Source: Lachnospiraceae bacterium (GTDB lineage Bacteria; Bacillota; Clostridia; Lachnospirales; Lachnospiraceae). Taken from it: a stretch of 64,000 bases of DNA. The DNA lies in NCBI GenBank assembly GCA_030537145.1, contig JAUNON010000008.1, positions 1,532 to 65,531 on the forward strand, read 5' to 3'. The notes under the pieces were generated by a model. That model was not told where the DNA came from. It made no database searches and saw nothing but the letters and a program-made list of their open reading frames with translations. The position numbers and the translations under genes are program-made. This document shows, one piece after another, positions 28,500-37,307 of this stretch (positions are counted from its first letter, which is position 1; each line of letters starts with the position of its first letter).

Positions 28500-28529
28500 A
28501 TTATAAGCATTATTCCTGTTAATTGTCAA
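28500..28529 (-). promoter_or_regulatory. Near-consensus sigma-A promoter driving the riboswitch leader
   Basis: Minus-strand TTGACA-N18-TATAAT (-35 at 28524-28529, -10 at 28500-28505), about 30 nt upstream of the aptamer. Confidence 0.6.
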
Positions 28530-28560
28530 GGAAATATGTAGTTTCCCTTTTACATTATGC

Positions 28561-28613
28561 AACAGTTCAGCCCAGGGCTTTGCACTGGCTGCAAAGCCCT
28601 GGGCTGAACTGTT
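28561..28613. repeat. Full palindromic copy of the GTAAC-N-GTTCAGCC repeat (24-bp perfect stem)
   Basis: AACAGTTCAGCCCAGGGCTTTGCA-ctggc-TGCAAAGCCCTGGGCTGAACTGTT. It lies just downstream of the PAS gene stop and has no U-tract on either strand. Confidence 0.8.
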
Positions 28614-28625
28614 ACTACATTATTT

Positions 28626-29012
28626 CTATCTTAATGACCTGCTGAAATCATAAAAGGGGGCTGTTTCTCTGCTGCGGTATTCATGCTTTTCATAATATCC
28701 GATCAGCTTTCCATCCTCATCTCTGAGCGCCACCATATAACCGTCCTTGTTTTGCTTCTCCTCATAAAAAGTATGAATCATATTATTCTGCGTACTTTCT
28801 CCAAACCAGGCCACAACTTTTTCAATCATTTTCCTGGATTCCCCATTATGGCAGGCCATCAGGCTTTTCCCCTCCAGCGCCTTTCCGCCGTAGGCTCCAT
28901 AGTTCTTTGCCGCTGCCGGATTCAGATACAAAATTGTGTGATCCAGACCGCAGATAACCACCGATGCCCTTTCCATGTCAATGATGCTTTTCATATATTG
29001 CGATAATTCCAT
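28626..29012 (-). CDS. Small stand-alone PAS-domain protein
   Basis: ~128 aa from MELSQYMKSIIDMERASVVICGLDHTILYLNPAAAKNYG..; the ATG lies 7 nt after GGAGGAG. The longest ORF starts at 29126. Confidence 0.6.
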   Translation of the reverse strand: MELSQYMKSIIDMERASVVICGLDHTILYLNPAAAKNYGAYGGKALEGKSLMACHNGESRKMIEKVVAWFGESTQNNMIHTFYEEKQNKDGYMVALRDEDGKLIGYYEKHEYRSRETAPFYDFSRSLR

Positions 29013-29156
29013 CCTGTCTCCTCCTGCTTCGCTCATCCAGTATCCGCACATCCCCCGCCCGCACTTTCCTCTATTTTCGGCTGCCGGTTCTGCGTATATC
29101 AAATATAATACAAATTGCTGCCGCAACTGTCAATACAAAAGGACAGGCTCCAGGCT

Positions 29157-29696
29157 TTAAAAGTCGTACCTTACTACTTCACAGTTGCCCACCCCGAATG
29201 CTGCATACTCTTCATTTGTCATATCCGTAAAATAGGACTGCACCACCCTGGCAATTCCGTTGTGTGCAACAAGTATATACGTCTTTTTATCGGATTCCGC
29301 CTTCAGCTCATCCAGCAGATTATAGATTCTCTGTGCCAGACGCAGCATAGATTCTCCGCCCTCATAGCTGCAGACAAAATCCTCCTTCGCCCTTTTAAAA
29401 TCGGCCCCGTCCCGGGGAGTCGATTCCCATTTACCGAAATTCTGCTCCTTAAGTCTTGGCTCCATTCTGGCCGGAATACCTGTCATTTCTGAAATATGTT
29501 TCGCCGTATCCGCCGCCCGGACCAGGGGAGAATACAGGATCTCATCCGCAGCAATTCCCTCCTCCACGATCTTCCTTCCGGTTTCTATCGCCTGCTGATG
29601 TCCGTATTCCGTCAAAGCGATATCCGTAGCGCCGCAAATCTTGTTTTCCACGTTCCATACGGTCTGGCCATGTCTTACAAAATAGAAATGTCCCAT
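29157..29696 (-). CDS. Histidine phosphatase family protein (phosphoglycerate-mutase-like)
   Basis: The FVRHGQTVWN catalytic RHG motif and a downstream LVAHNG. Confidence 0.85.
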   Translation of the reverse strand: MGHFYFVRHGQTVWNVENKICGATDIALTEYGHQQAIETGRKIVEEGIAADEILYSPLVRAADTAKHISEMTGIPARMEPRLKEQNFGKWESTPRDGADFKRAKEDFVCSYEGGESMLRLAQRIYNLLDELKAESDKKTYILVAHNGIARVVQSYFTDMTNEEYAAFGVGNCEVVRYDF

Positions 29697-29724
29697 GATC
29701 AGTACTCCCTTCGTTCTTCTCCTT

Positions 29725-30921
29725 TTACACTCCCGGTTGGGAAATTGTAATACGGAATGGTTCTCCTACCGGCTCCCAGCCATAATTGTCCTCTTTAGAG
29801 TAAATCTCCCACCCGTCATCCGTCTCCACATCATATTCCTCGTCCTCATTCGGGACTTCTTCATCGTCATAATTCCAAACGATTCTCCGCTCATATAGCT
29901 GAAGATCCAGATACGTACAATTTTTATCCGGGACAGAAAGATGAAAATCCTCCGGATCCACCACCTCGCCTGCCTCATAATCGCCAAAGAAATCGGTTAC
30001 AAACCGCATTTCATGCTCGGAAAGAAAGCCCGCCCCATCAAGACTCACCGGATTTCCAAAGCTGTCTGTCCCCTTCAGCTTTAAATCATACTGATTCACC
30101 CATTCATCCTTCCAGGTAGCTCCGGTGGCAATGATCCGGCAATACAGATCATTCATAACCAGCTCCTTTAAGGTCAGATCCTGACGCCCCTCTCCCGATG
30201 CGGCCACTGTAATATCCAGCTTCCGGCTGACCGTCTGTGCCTTCAATTCCTCCGGTGTAATGATAAAATCATATACAAATTCAGCCGCACAGTCAAGCTC
30301 CTGACCCGGAAGCGGTACATCTCTCCCGGCCTCCAGCACAAGATGTACGCTGACCTCGCCTTCCGGTAAAATCTGATCCTCATACGTTTGTACCAGAACC
30401 CGATCCGGCTCCGCTTCCAGGGTGTCATAATTGATTCCACCGGAATTTATACTTCCATAGCTTCTGTGGTGCCGTCCGTTGATCAGCGTCTTTTCTTCAT
30501 TCACCCACAAACCCGGTGCTCCTTTCCCCTGTGCGGAGTCCATTTCAACAGATACCATCAATACCCGGTCATCTATGATCACCTCCTTCAGTGTCAGGGA
30601 GATGCCATTTACCACCTGTGTTTGGTCAATTATGTCCGTATAGGGCGACAAATCCTTCACAAATCCGAATTTTTCGCCGATTTTTGTAGTAAAGCTCTTT
30701 ACCGCTGCCTGTACATGGGAATTGCCCGCCGCTGCAATACAAATCAGGATAATTACCGCCGCCCGGACTAAGCTTCGGCTGTATAACCCCAAAATATGAT
30801 TCCTTTTTACCGTCCATGGATTCCCGGCATCCTCAATCAGCCTTTCATCAATCCTTCCAAACTCCTTTGAAAAATCAAATTTATGATTCAAGCGATCACC
30901 TCCCGTTTTAAAATGCGACAT
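29725..30921 (-). CDS. Single-pass membrane protein, DUF4179-like putative anti-sigma factor
   Basis: 398 aa. It overlaps the sigma gene stop, has a TM segment (AAVIILICIAAAG) about 50 aa in, and a large extracytoplasmic domain. The family call is from memory. Confidence 0.55.
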   Translation of the reverse strand: MSHFKTGGDRLNHKFDFSKEFGRIDERLIEDAGNPWTVKRNHILGLYSRSLVRAAVIILICIAAAGNSHVQAAVKSFTTKIGEKFGFVKDLSPYTDIIDQTQVVNGISLTLKEVIIDDRVLMVSVEMDSAQGKGAPGLWVNEEKTLINGRHHRSYGSINSGGINYDTLEAEPDRVLVQTYEDQILPEGEVSVHLVLEAGRDVPLPGQELDCAAEFVYDFIITPEELKAQTVSRKLDITVAASGEGRQDLTLKELVMNDLYCRIIATGATWKDEWVNQYDLKLKGTDSFGNPVSLDGAGFLSEHEMRFVTDFFGDYEAGEVVDPEDFHLSVPDKNCTYLDLQLYERRIVWNYDDEEVPNEDEEYDVETDDGWEIYSKEDNYGWEPVGEPFRITISQPGV

Positions 30922-31472
30922 AGTTTTTTACGATTTCTGCATAAATTTGTTTTAATGCATCCTTCGGATACCCCATGTCTTTTGGCAATTTCCTTTATCG
31001 TATCCAGATACCAGTAACGTCGGATAAAAATGTCCCGGTCCGCATCTGAGAGTTTCCGCAGAAAAGCCTCTATTACATTGATCAGCTCCTTTTCTGCCAT
31101 CTGTTCATCCAGCGTATAGGAGAAGCTTATTTCATCCATCTCGCCGCAGACATCCTCCATATGCCCATCCGCACGTTTTGCGGCATGTTTTTTACGGAAA
31201 CGATCGATTGCAAGTCCTCTGGTAATCCTTCCCACAAACACCGATAATACAGACGGTCTCTGCGGCGGCATATACCCCCATGCCGCAAACCATGTATCAT
31301 TTAAGCATTCTTCTGCATCCTCATGATTCTGCAAAAGGTTCCATGCAATTTTATAGCAATAACCCGTATATTTACTGCTCAATTCCTGAATTGCTGTCTC
31401 GTCTCGTTTCCAAAACAGTTCAATAATTGACGCATCCTCCATCCTCTGTCTCCTTTCGTCATATGTAAGCAT
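30888..31472 (-). CDS. ECF-type sigma-70 family RNA polymerase sigma factor
   Basis: 194 aa with a region-2-like segment (HEDAEECLNDTWFAAW) and a region-4 HTH (TIKEIAKRHGVSEGCIKTNLCRNRKKL). Confidence 0.85.
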   Translation of the reverse strand: MLTYDERRQRMEDASIIELFWKRDETAIQELSSKYTGYCYKIAWNLLQNHEDAEECLNDTWFAAWGYMPPQRPSVLSVFVGRITRGLAIDRFRKKHAAKRADGHMEDVCGEMDEISFSYTLDEQMAEKELINVIEAFLRKLSDADRDIFIRRYWYLDTIKEIAKRHGVSEGCIKTNLCRNRKKLCRILKREVIA

Positions 31473-31918
31473 GATTATTCCCGCAAGACCTGATCTTTGC
31501 TTACTCTATGATTCGTAAAATAGGTGCATAGGTTACTGCAATGTGCAAAATTTTTCTGATAACCACTCCCGTCAGCATTGAAAATCAACGCCCCGGGAAG
31601 GAGCATCCCTCTGCCCTGCTCCTTCTCTCAATATCCGATTGCCTGCATCCGTATTCCGGCACCGTCGGCAACTCCGGCTTCTGCAGAAGCTTCATCAAAA
31701 GCTCCTGATGGACCTTCTCAGCTCCTGCGGATTTTGGTACAGATTTCTCAGACAAAGCGTTCCTGCCGAAACAATTTTCTTTACCATTTTCCTTCTCCTT
31801 TCGCCAAATATAATCATTTTTGAATTTTTATTATGCAGTCATATCCTGGAACAATCCTTTATTCTATCATATCTATTTAAAAATTTAATATCTAAACGGA
31901 ATGGTTCCGCTATCGTAC

Positions 31919-32482
31919 TCACTCTAAATCCGCATGTCTTGCAAACATACTATCTGAGGTTTCATTCATCCGTTCCATCAGTCCCAGCACAATTCCGTCA
32001 TAGGTCAGGAAGCAAAGCTGTTCAAAAGCAGACCCCATGGGCTGGATGGAAATAAATCCGTTTCCTCCGTCTTTCCTTTTTGGTGAAACTCCGGGAAGCA
32101 CCACCACCGTATCTGACATTTGTGCGATCGTAGAAGCAGCATCCATAGTAATCAGCGCAACCATCATCCCGTTTTTCTTCGCTTTCTTTGATAAAGCTAT
32201 CAAACTCTCTGTTTCTCCGGATCCGGAACCAATCAGCAGCAGATCACCCGGCTGAGTATGGGGACTAGAGATTTCTCCCACATTGCTGACGGAAAGTCCC
32301 AAATGCATGAGCCGGTTTGTAAAAGCCTTCATCGCTAAGCCACTGCGTCCTGCTCCTGCCGTGAAAATATGCTTTGCCTGCAATATCACCTCCGTCAGGC
32401 TTTCCAACTGTCCCTCGTTTAAATACTGTAAGCTGTTTGTAAGCTCTTCCAGTATTTCCGACGTATTTTTCTTTACACTCAT
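31919..32482 (-). CDS. hxlB: 6-phospho-3-hexuloisomerase (SIS domain)
   Basis: Collinear with B. subtilis HxlB from memory: IFTAGAGRSGL..MRLMH.G..IGSGSGET..IQPMGS.FEQ..H.LE. The ATG at 32482 lies 9 nt after GAGGAG. Confidence 0.85.
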   Translation of the reverse strand: MSVKKNTSEILEELTNSLQYLNEGQLESLTEVILQAKHIFTAGAGRSGLAMKAFTNRLMHLGLSVSNVGEISSPHTQPGDLLLIGSGSGETESLIALSKKAKKNGMMVALITMDAASTIAQMSDTVVVLPGVSPKRKDGGNGFISIQPMGSAFEQLCFLTYDGIVLGLMERMNETSDSMFARHADLE

Positions 32483-32552
32483 TGCTATATTCTCCTCTTT
32501 CATTTTTCGTTATCATCTGCTGCCTTCTACATATCTTCAAGTAGTTTCTTGA

Positions 32553-33194
32553 TTATTCTGTACTGCGAATATGTTTTGCCAATTCCTCTGCCGCTGCTGC
32601 CGGATCTGATGTATGTGCAATACCTCCGCCCACAATTACAATTTCCGGTTTATATTTTAAATACTCATCTATGGTTTCCGGTTTAATTCCTCCGGCTACT
32701 GCCAATGCTGTGTGCTTTACGCAGGCACGCATTTCCTTCAAATCATCCAGCGGCGTTCTTCCCATGGCCTGCTGATCCACTCCGGTATGCACTGCAATTA
32801 CATCTACACCAAGCTCCTCAATTCTGGCAATTCTCTTTCCCAAATCCGCAGCGCGAATCATATCTGCCATGACCTTTTTTCCCGCTTTTGCGGCTGCCTT
32901 TACTACATCCGCAATCGTGCGCTCATCTGTCACACCCAGAACCGTTACATAATCGGCTCCCGCCTGAAACGCCATGTCTGCCTCATATGCCCCGGCATCT
33001 ACGATCTTGGTATCACAAAGCACCTCCAGATCCGGAAAACTATTTTTAATTTTCCTCACAGCCTCCATGCCATATTCCATCATAAAAGGTGTCCCAACTT
33101 CTACGATGTCTACAATAGCATGTACCTTTTCCAGCAGCTTCCATGCATCCTCCATCGTCACATCATCCAATGCAATCTGTAATTTTGATTTCAT
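32553..33194 (-). CDS. hxlA: 3-hexulose-6-phosphate synthase (OMP-decarboxylase superfamily)
   Basis: KLQIALDDVTMEDAWKLL..VDIVEVGTP..AVAGGIKPETI..IVIVGGGIA tracks HxlA. The start was chosen at MKSKLQ; the longest ORF starts at 33236. Confidence 0.8.
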   Translation of the reverse strand: MKSKLQIALDDVTMEDAWKLLEKVHAIVDIVEVGTPFMMEYGMEAVRKIKNSFPDLEVLCDTKIVDAGAYEADMAFQAGADYVTVLGVTDERTIADVVKAAAKAGKKVMADMIRAADLGKRIARIEELGVDVIAVHTGVDQQAMGRTPLDDLKEMRACVKHTALAVAGGIKPETIDEYLKYKPEIVIVGGGIAHTSDPAAAAEELAKHIRSTE

Positions 33195-33324
33195 ATTTTC
33201 CTTTCCGCTGTTTTTCACTTTTTTCTGTTGCTTCATTTCTTTCCAGCATCTCGTATACTACTCTTGTCCTTATCCCCATTTAACTCCCATCCTTATTTAC
33301 TCACCCCGTTTTTTAACTTATTTT

Positions 33325-33360
33325 ACAATTAAAAACAAGTATATACTTGTTTTTAATTGT
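33325..33360. promoter_or_regulatory. Perfect 36-bp palindrome in the hxlA / DeoR divergent intergenic region (candidate operator)
   Basis: ACAATTAAAAACAAGTAT|ATACTTGTTTTTAATTGT; 18+18 nt with no mismatch. Confidence 0.6.
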
Positions 33361-33515
33361 TTTCAATACCTTTCCTATACTATTATTGTTTTTTATTTGA
33401 ACTTTTAAATATTTTTATTGTCTTTTCTTGCATCTATGGTATAATTACTATCGTAACAAGCAGGCAAGGAACCTGAAACAACATTATTTATAAATAAAAA
33501 ACCAGGAGATTCCGT

Positions 33516-34286
33516 ATGAAAAAACAACTGACTGCCGAAAGACGGCAGGAAATCGCACAGCTTCTGCTGCGCAATGGCAATTTAAAAGCCAGCGATCTGG
33601 CTCAGCGGTTTGAAGTATCTACAGAAACGATTCGAAAGGATTTAATTTATCTGGAAGAACAGGGCATCGCAAAAAAAAGCTACGGCGGAGTCATTGCCAG
33701 CAGTGATCTTCTGGAACGGCCGGTGGCTTTAAAGGAAATGGAACATATGGATATTAAAACCTCCATCGCTAACCGTGCGCTGGAATTGATTCCCGAACAG
33801 GGTATCATTTTGCTGGATGCAGGCAGCACCACCTACGCTCTGGCAAAATTGCTCACTTTGCGGAACGATTTGACCATCTTCACGAATTCCATTCCTATTC
33901 TGAATCTTCTGGCAGACTCCGGCAATCAGCTTTTTGCGCTGGGCGGCCGGGTACGAGGAAGCAGCAAAGGAATCGTGGGAGCCTGGACGCTCCAAGCGCT
34001 TCATTCCATCCATGTAGATGCCGCTTTTCTGGGCTGTGATGGTTTTAAAGATCTGACTGGTCCTTCCACTGCCTCCTACGAAGAATCCGAATTTAAGCAA
34101 GCCGTCCTGTCCTGCAGCAGCCGCACCATTATTTTGAGCGACAACTCAAAATTCTTATCCAATTCCCTGTTTCAGTTTTGCCGCTGGGATCAGATTTACG
34201 CTTTTGTCACCAATATGGCCGGCACTGAAAACTTTCAGGACAGAATAAAAAAAATCCAGGACTGTACCCGGATTCTTTATTCCTGA
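33516..34286 (+). CDS. DeoR-family transcriptional regulator
   Basis: An N-terminal HTH (RRQEIAQLLLRNGNLKASDLAQRFEVSTETIRKDLIYLE) and a DeoR C-terminal sugar-phosphate-binding domain. Confidence 0.9.
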   Translation: MKKQLTAERRQEIAQLLLRNGNLKASDLAQRFEVSTETIRKDLIYLEEQGIAKKSYGGVIASSDLLERPVALKEMEHMDIKTSIANRALELIPEQGIILLDAGSTTYALAKLLTLRNDLTIFTNSIPILNLLADSGNQLFALGGRVRGSSKGIVGAWTLQALHSIHVDAAFLGCDGFKDLTGPSTASYEESEFKQAVLSCSSRTIILSDNSKFLSNSLFQFCRWDQIYAFVTNMAGTENFQDRIKKIQDCTRILYS

Positions 34287-34408
34287 TGAATAATCATCAC
34301 ATTGGTTTTGGCTTTATTCCGGCGCTTGGTTACACAGCAATCCCCCCGGAAAAGAAATCCTTTCTAAATTTTTGCAGTACGCCCTCCGAAGCATCACATG
34401 CTCAGAGT

Positions 34409-35128
34409 TTACGGCCTGCATTTTTTTACCTGCTGCATAAACCTCTGCACATACTCTTCACTCACATCGTTTCCCGCCATATGATTTTCCTTCAGCCAGC
34501 TCCCGATAATAACAGCATCCGCATACTGAAGCTGTTCCTCCACATTTTTGTCAGTGACGCCTGCTCCGACCACAAGTGGGAAATCACCAAGAAGCTCCCT
34601 AAATTCAATTAACTTTTCCGTCGGCGTCATAATACCGGTACCATCACCTGTTGTTACAACTGCAGTACATCTTTTCCTGCTGATTTCCAGATCCTCCTTC
34701 AGTGTCCGGCCGCTGCGTAACGGCTGATATTTGAAACGAACGCCTCCCAATACCTGAATATGAGGATATTTTTCCCTCATGTAATTTAGCTCCTCTTCAT
34801 ACACTGCATCCTGCTTTGGCCTAAGATTTCCGCAGACAGAATCAATCTGAATAAAATCCGCATCATACTGATCTGCCAGATAAAACGCATGTTCATAACG
34901 GCCAAGAATGTTTACGCCGTAGCAGACGTCCGGTCGATTCTTTTGAAGCCACGCCAATCCCTGTTCACAGTCTTTCATATCGCCAAAATAATTTTCTACA
35001 AGAACTGCATCGACTCCATTTTTAATATAGATATCGGTCTCTATCTGCATCCGCAAAAGTGCATTTTTTCCTTTACCGCTTTTCATATGAAGCATCGCAA
35101 TGATTGGTTTTGTTTTGAAATCAAGCAT
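34409..35128 (-). CDS. BtpA/SgcQ-family TIM-barrel protein
   Basis: 239 aa with VENYFGD, and AVVTTGDGTGIMTP..PLVVGAGVT near the C-terminus, as in SgcQ/BtpA proteins (from memory). Confidence 0.55.
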   Translation of the reverse strand: MLDFKTKPIIAMLHMKSGKGKNALLRMQIETDIYIKNGVDAVLVENYFGDMKDCEQGLAWLQKNRPDVCYGVNILGRYEHAFYLADQYDADFIQIDSVCGNLRPKQDAVYEEELNYMREKYPHIQVLGGVRFKYQPLRSGRTLKEDLEISRKRCTAVVTTGDGTGIMTPTEKLIEFRELLGDFPLVVGAGVTDKNVEEQLQYADAVIIGSWLKENHMAGNDVSEEYVQRFMQQVKKCRP

Positions 35129-35222
35129 TTTTCTCCCTTTCCCCTATTGTGAATCTACTTTGTTATGTTCCGTTGCTGTTTCCAAATAGTCATAGGCTGA
35201 CACCCATAAGTCCCACAATTCT

Positions 35223-35498
35223 TTATCCATATATTTCAATCCCTTCCTTCTTTATATTCTGATAGAACGGAAGGGTGTTCTTCCCTTTTTCCTGTAGTTT
35301 TGGAAGTATCCGTTTAATTGTTCTTAATGAAATTCCTGTTGCTTGCTGAAGTTTCTTTTGCGTAATCTGCGGTTTTGCTTTTATAAAAGCTAATACTTTC
35401 TTTTCATCTTCACTTAATTCAGCCTTTATTTTGTTAGTCGCAGCTTTAGTTGCATTATTAGTCGCATCAGTCGCAGTTTTAGTCGCATGTTCCATCAC
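35223..35498 (-). pseudogene. Orphan C-terminal wHTH fragment of a larger ATP-binding/transcriptional-regulator-type protein
   Basis: 91 aa. A low-complexity ATKTATDATNNATKAATN segment is followed by LSEDEKKVLAFIKAKPQITQKKLQQATGISLRTIKRIL. No upstream domains are present and the tail diverges. Confidence 0.45.
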
Positions 35499-35584
35499 TT
35501 TATCGGTATTTACTGGCAGTTTATCAGCAGCAGTGCCAAAGTCAAAAGAATAAGCAACTTCAAAGCTTCATATGAATCTTTTGT

Positions 35585-36781
35585 TTATTCCTGAGATAGC
35601 CAATCAGCAATATCGTGAATCTTAATTCCTTCGTAGCTGTACTTTGGATGCCTGGTTCTTGCGATAATCATTTTAGGGTAAGCATCTCTGATCTGGAGCA
35701 AAGGAGAACATTCTCTTTCAAATGTTTCCTGTCCTGAAATATTATCACTGACCTGAATATAGATTTTTTCGCTGCCTTTCTGTGCTACAAAGTCGATTTC
35801 TTTCTGATACAGCTTGCCAACATAGACATCGTAACCACGGCGCAGAAGCTCGATACAAACCATATTCTCATATACTCTGCCATAGTCCATGTTTCTGCTT
35901 CCTAAGATAGCATAGCGGATACCTGTATCACACAGATAGAACTTCTTGGAGCTTTCCAGATACTTCTTGCCGCGAATATCGTATCTCTTAATATCATAGA
36001 AAACAAAGGCATTACACAGATACCTGATGTATTTGCCTATCGTGACATGACTTGTAGCCACGTCGTTCGCTTTCAGAAGCTGACTAACCTTGTTCGGAGA
36101 GGTCAGATTGCTGATATTGTCCATCAGGAACTCACTCAATCTTTGTAGAACCGTAGTGTCCGACAGGGAGTATTTCTGCACAAGATCTCTTGTAACAATG
36201 GTCTCATAGACTTCTTTGATATAGGTGGTTCTGTCTCTGTCATTAGGGTAGGCATAGGAGCCTGCCAGACCGCCTTTAAAGGAATAGTCATCAAAGAGCT
36301 TATCCTTATCATTGACATTGTTGTAATACTGGCAGTATTCCTTAAAGCTGAACGGAAACACATGGATTTCAATATATCGTCCTGTAAAGAGTGTTGCCAG
36401 ATCTGCACTCAGTAAAAATGCATTGGAGCCGGTCACATAAATGTCGTACTTTCCTTTGGAATAAAGGCTGTTGATTGCCAGTTCGAACTTTGGACACATC
36501 TGAACCTCGTCCACAAACAGGTAATTAGTTTTGCCTGCTTCATAGTGATTCTCTACATAGGTGTGAAGGGCATGATATTCCTTAATCTCTTCAAATTCCA
36601 GATCCATAAAGTCAATGAAGATGATATTGATATTCTCGAAATTCGCTTTCAGATATTCAATATAATCCTGCATCAGCTTAGACTTACCGGAACGACGGAT
36701 ACCTGTGATAATCTTGATATCCGGGGTACCGTTCAGCTCGATAATTCTATCGAGATAATTCTTTCTCACAATCGTTTTCAT
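35585..36781 (-). CDS. AAA-family ATPase with a DUF4143-type C-terminal domain
   Basis: MKTIVRKNYLDRIIELNGTPDIKIITGIRRSGKSKL (P-loop GxRRSGKS) and LFVDEVQ Walker B. This segment is visibly more AT-rich than its flanks. Confidence 0.75.
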   Translation of the reverse strand: MKTIVRKNYLDRIIELNGTPDIKIITGIRRSGKSKLMQDYIEYLKANFENINIIFIDFMDLEFEEIKEYHALHTYVENHYEAGKTNYLFVDEVQMCPKFELAINSLYSKGKYDIYVTGSNAFLLSADLATLFTGRYIEIHVFPFSFKEYCQYYNNVNDKDKLFDDYSFKGGLAGSYAYPNDRDRTTYIKEVYETIVTRDLVQKYSLSDTTVLQRLSEFLMDNISNLTSPNKVSQLLKANDVATSHVTIGKYIRYLCNAFVFYDIKRYDIRGKKYLESSKKFYLCDTGIRYAILGSRNMDYGRVYENMVCIELLRRGYDVYVGKLYQKEIDFVAQKGSEKIYIQVSDNISGQETFERECSPLLQIRDAYPKMIIARTRHPKYSYEGIKIHDIADWLSQE

Positions 36782-36843
36782 ATATCTACCCACTTTCAAA
36801 AGTTGAAATTTTTTTGATTTTTGAAACCGAGTTATTGATCCTA

Positions 36844-37203
36844 TTATACCTTCTTAAAATAGTATATGCAAGATGCCGCTTTCGAAAACACAATTTTTTT
36901 TCTTTTTTGAAAGTGAGTATGTATCAGACGTATTTCCATCAGCACATCGTAGTGCTCCAACTGGTCCTCCGTCAGTCCGGAGCCTCTAGCCACCACGCCG
37001 ATGCTGGTATTGGTGAGTGTGACATTGAGAATGTAATATTTATATTCCACCTCAACCTCATACTCGTATTCCGCATCGTAGGTCTCGCCGGTTTCCGTTC
37101 TCCTTCCATCTGTCTGCCGCACTTCTTGCCGGTAAGATACTCTTTCAGTATCTGACTCTCGCGGCATTCGCCAAAAAAATGTCAACCTTTCTTCTTGGCT
37201 CAT
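36844..37203 (-). pseudogene. Truncated remnant of a conjugative-element protein
   Basis: ..YYILNVTLTNTSIGVVARGSGLTEDQLEHYDVLME.. resembles an internal segment of large ICE/Tn916-family cell-wall-hydrolase-type proteins (from memory). The ORF ends in out-of-context sequence. Confidence 0.4.
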
Positions 37204-37307
37204 TCCTTCGCGGAAATGAAATTAAGTTAAAAATGGATTTTTTATCTGAGATTCGGAGACATAAGAAAAGCCAGAAACTCTTTTTTAGAATTTCCGGCAT
37301 TACACTC

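Noticed and set aside
35129-37307. Search for attL/attR direct repeats of the tRNA-Arg 3' end, to delimit an integrated island.
   Set aside because: No copy of the tRNA 3' segment (..GCGCGTTCGAATCGCGCTAGGAAC..) was seen in the interval, so no island borders are claimed. Only remnants are reported.
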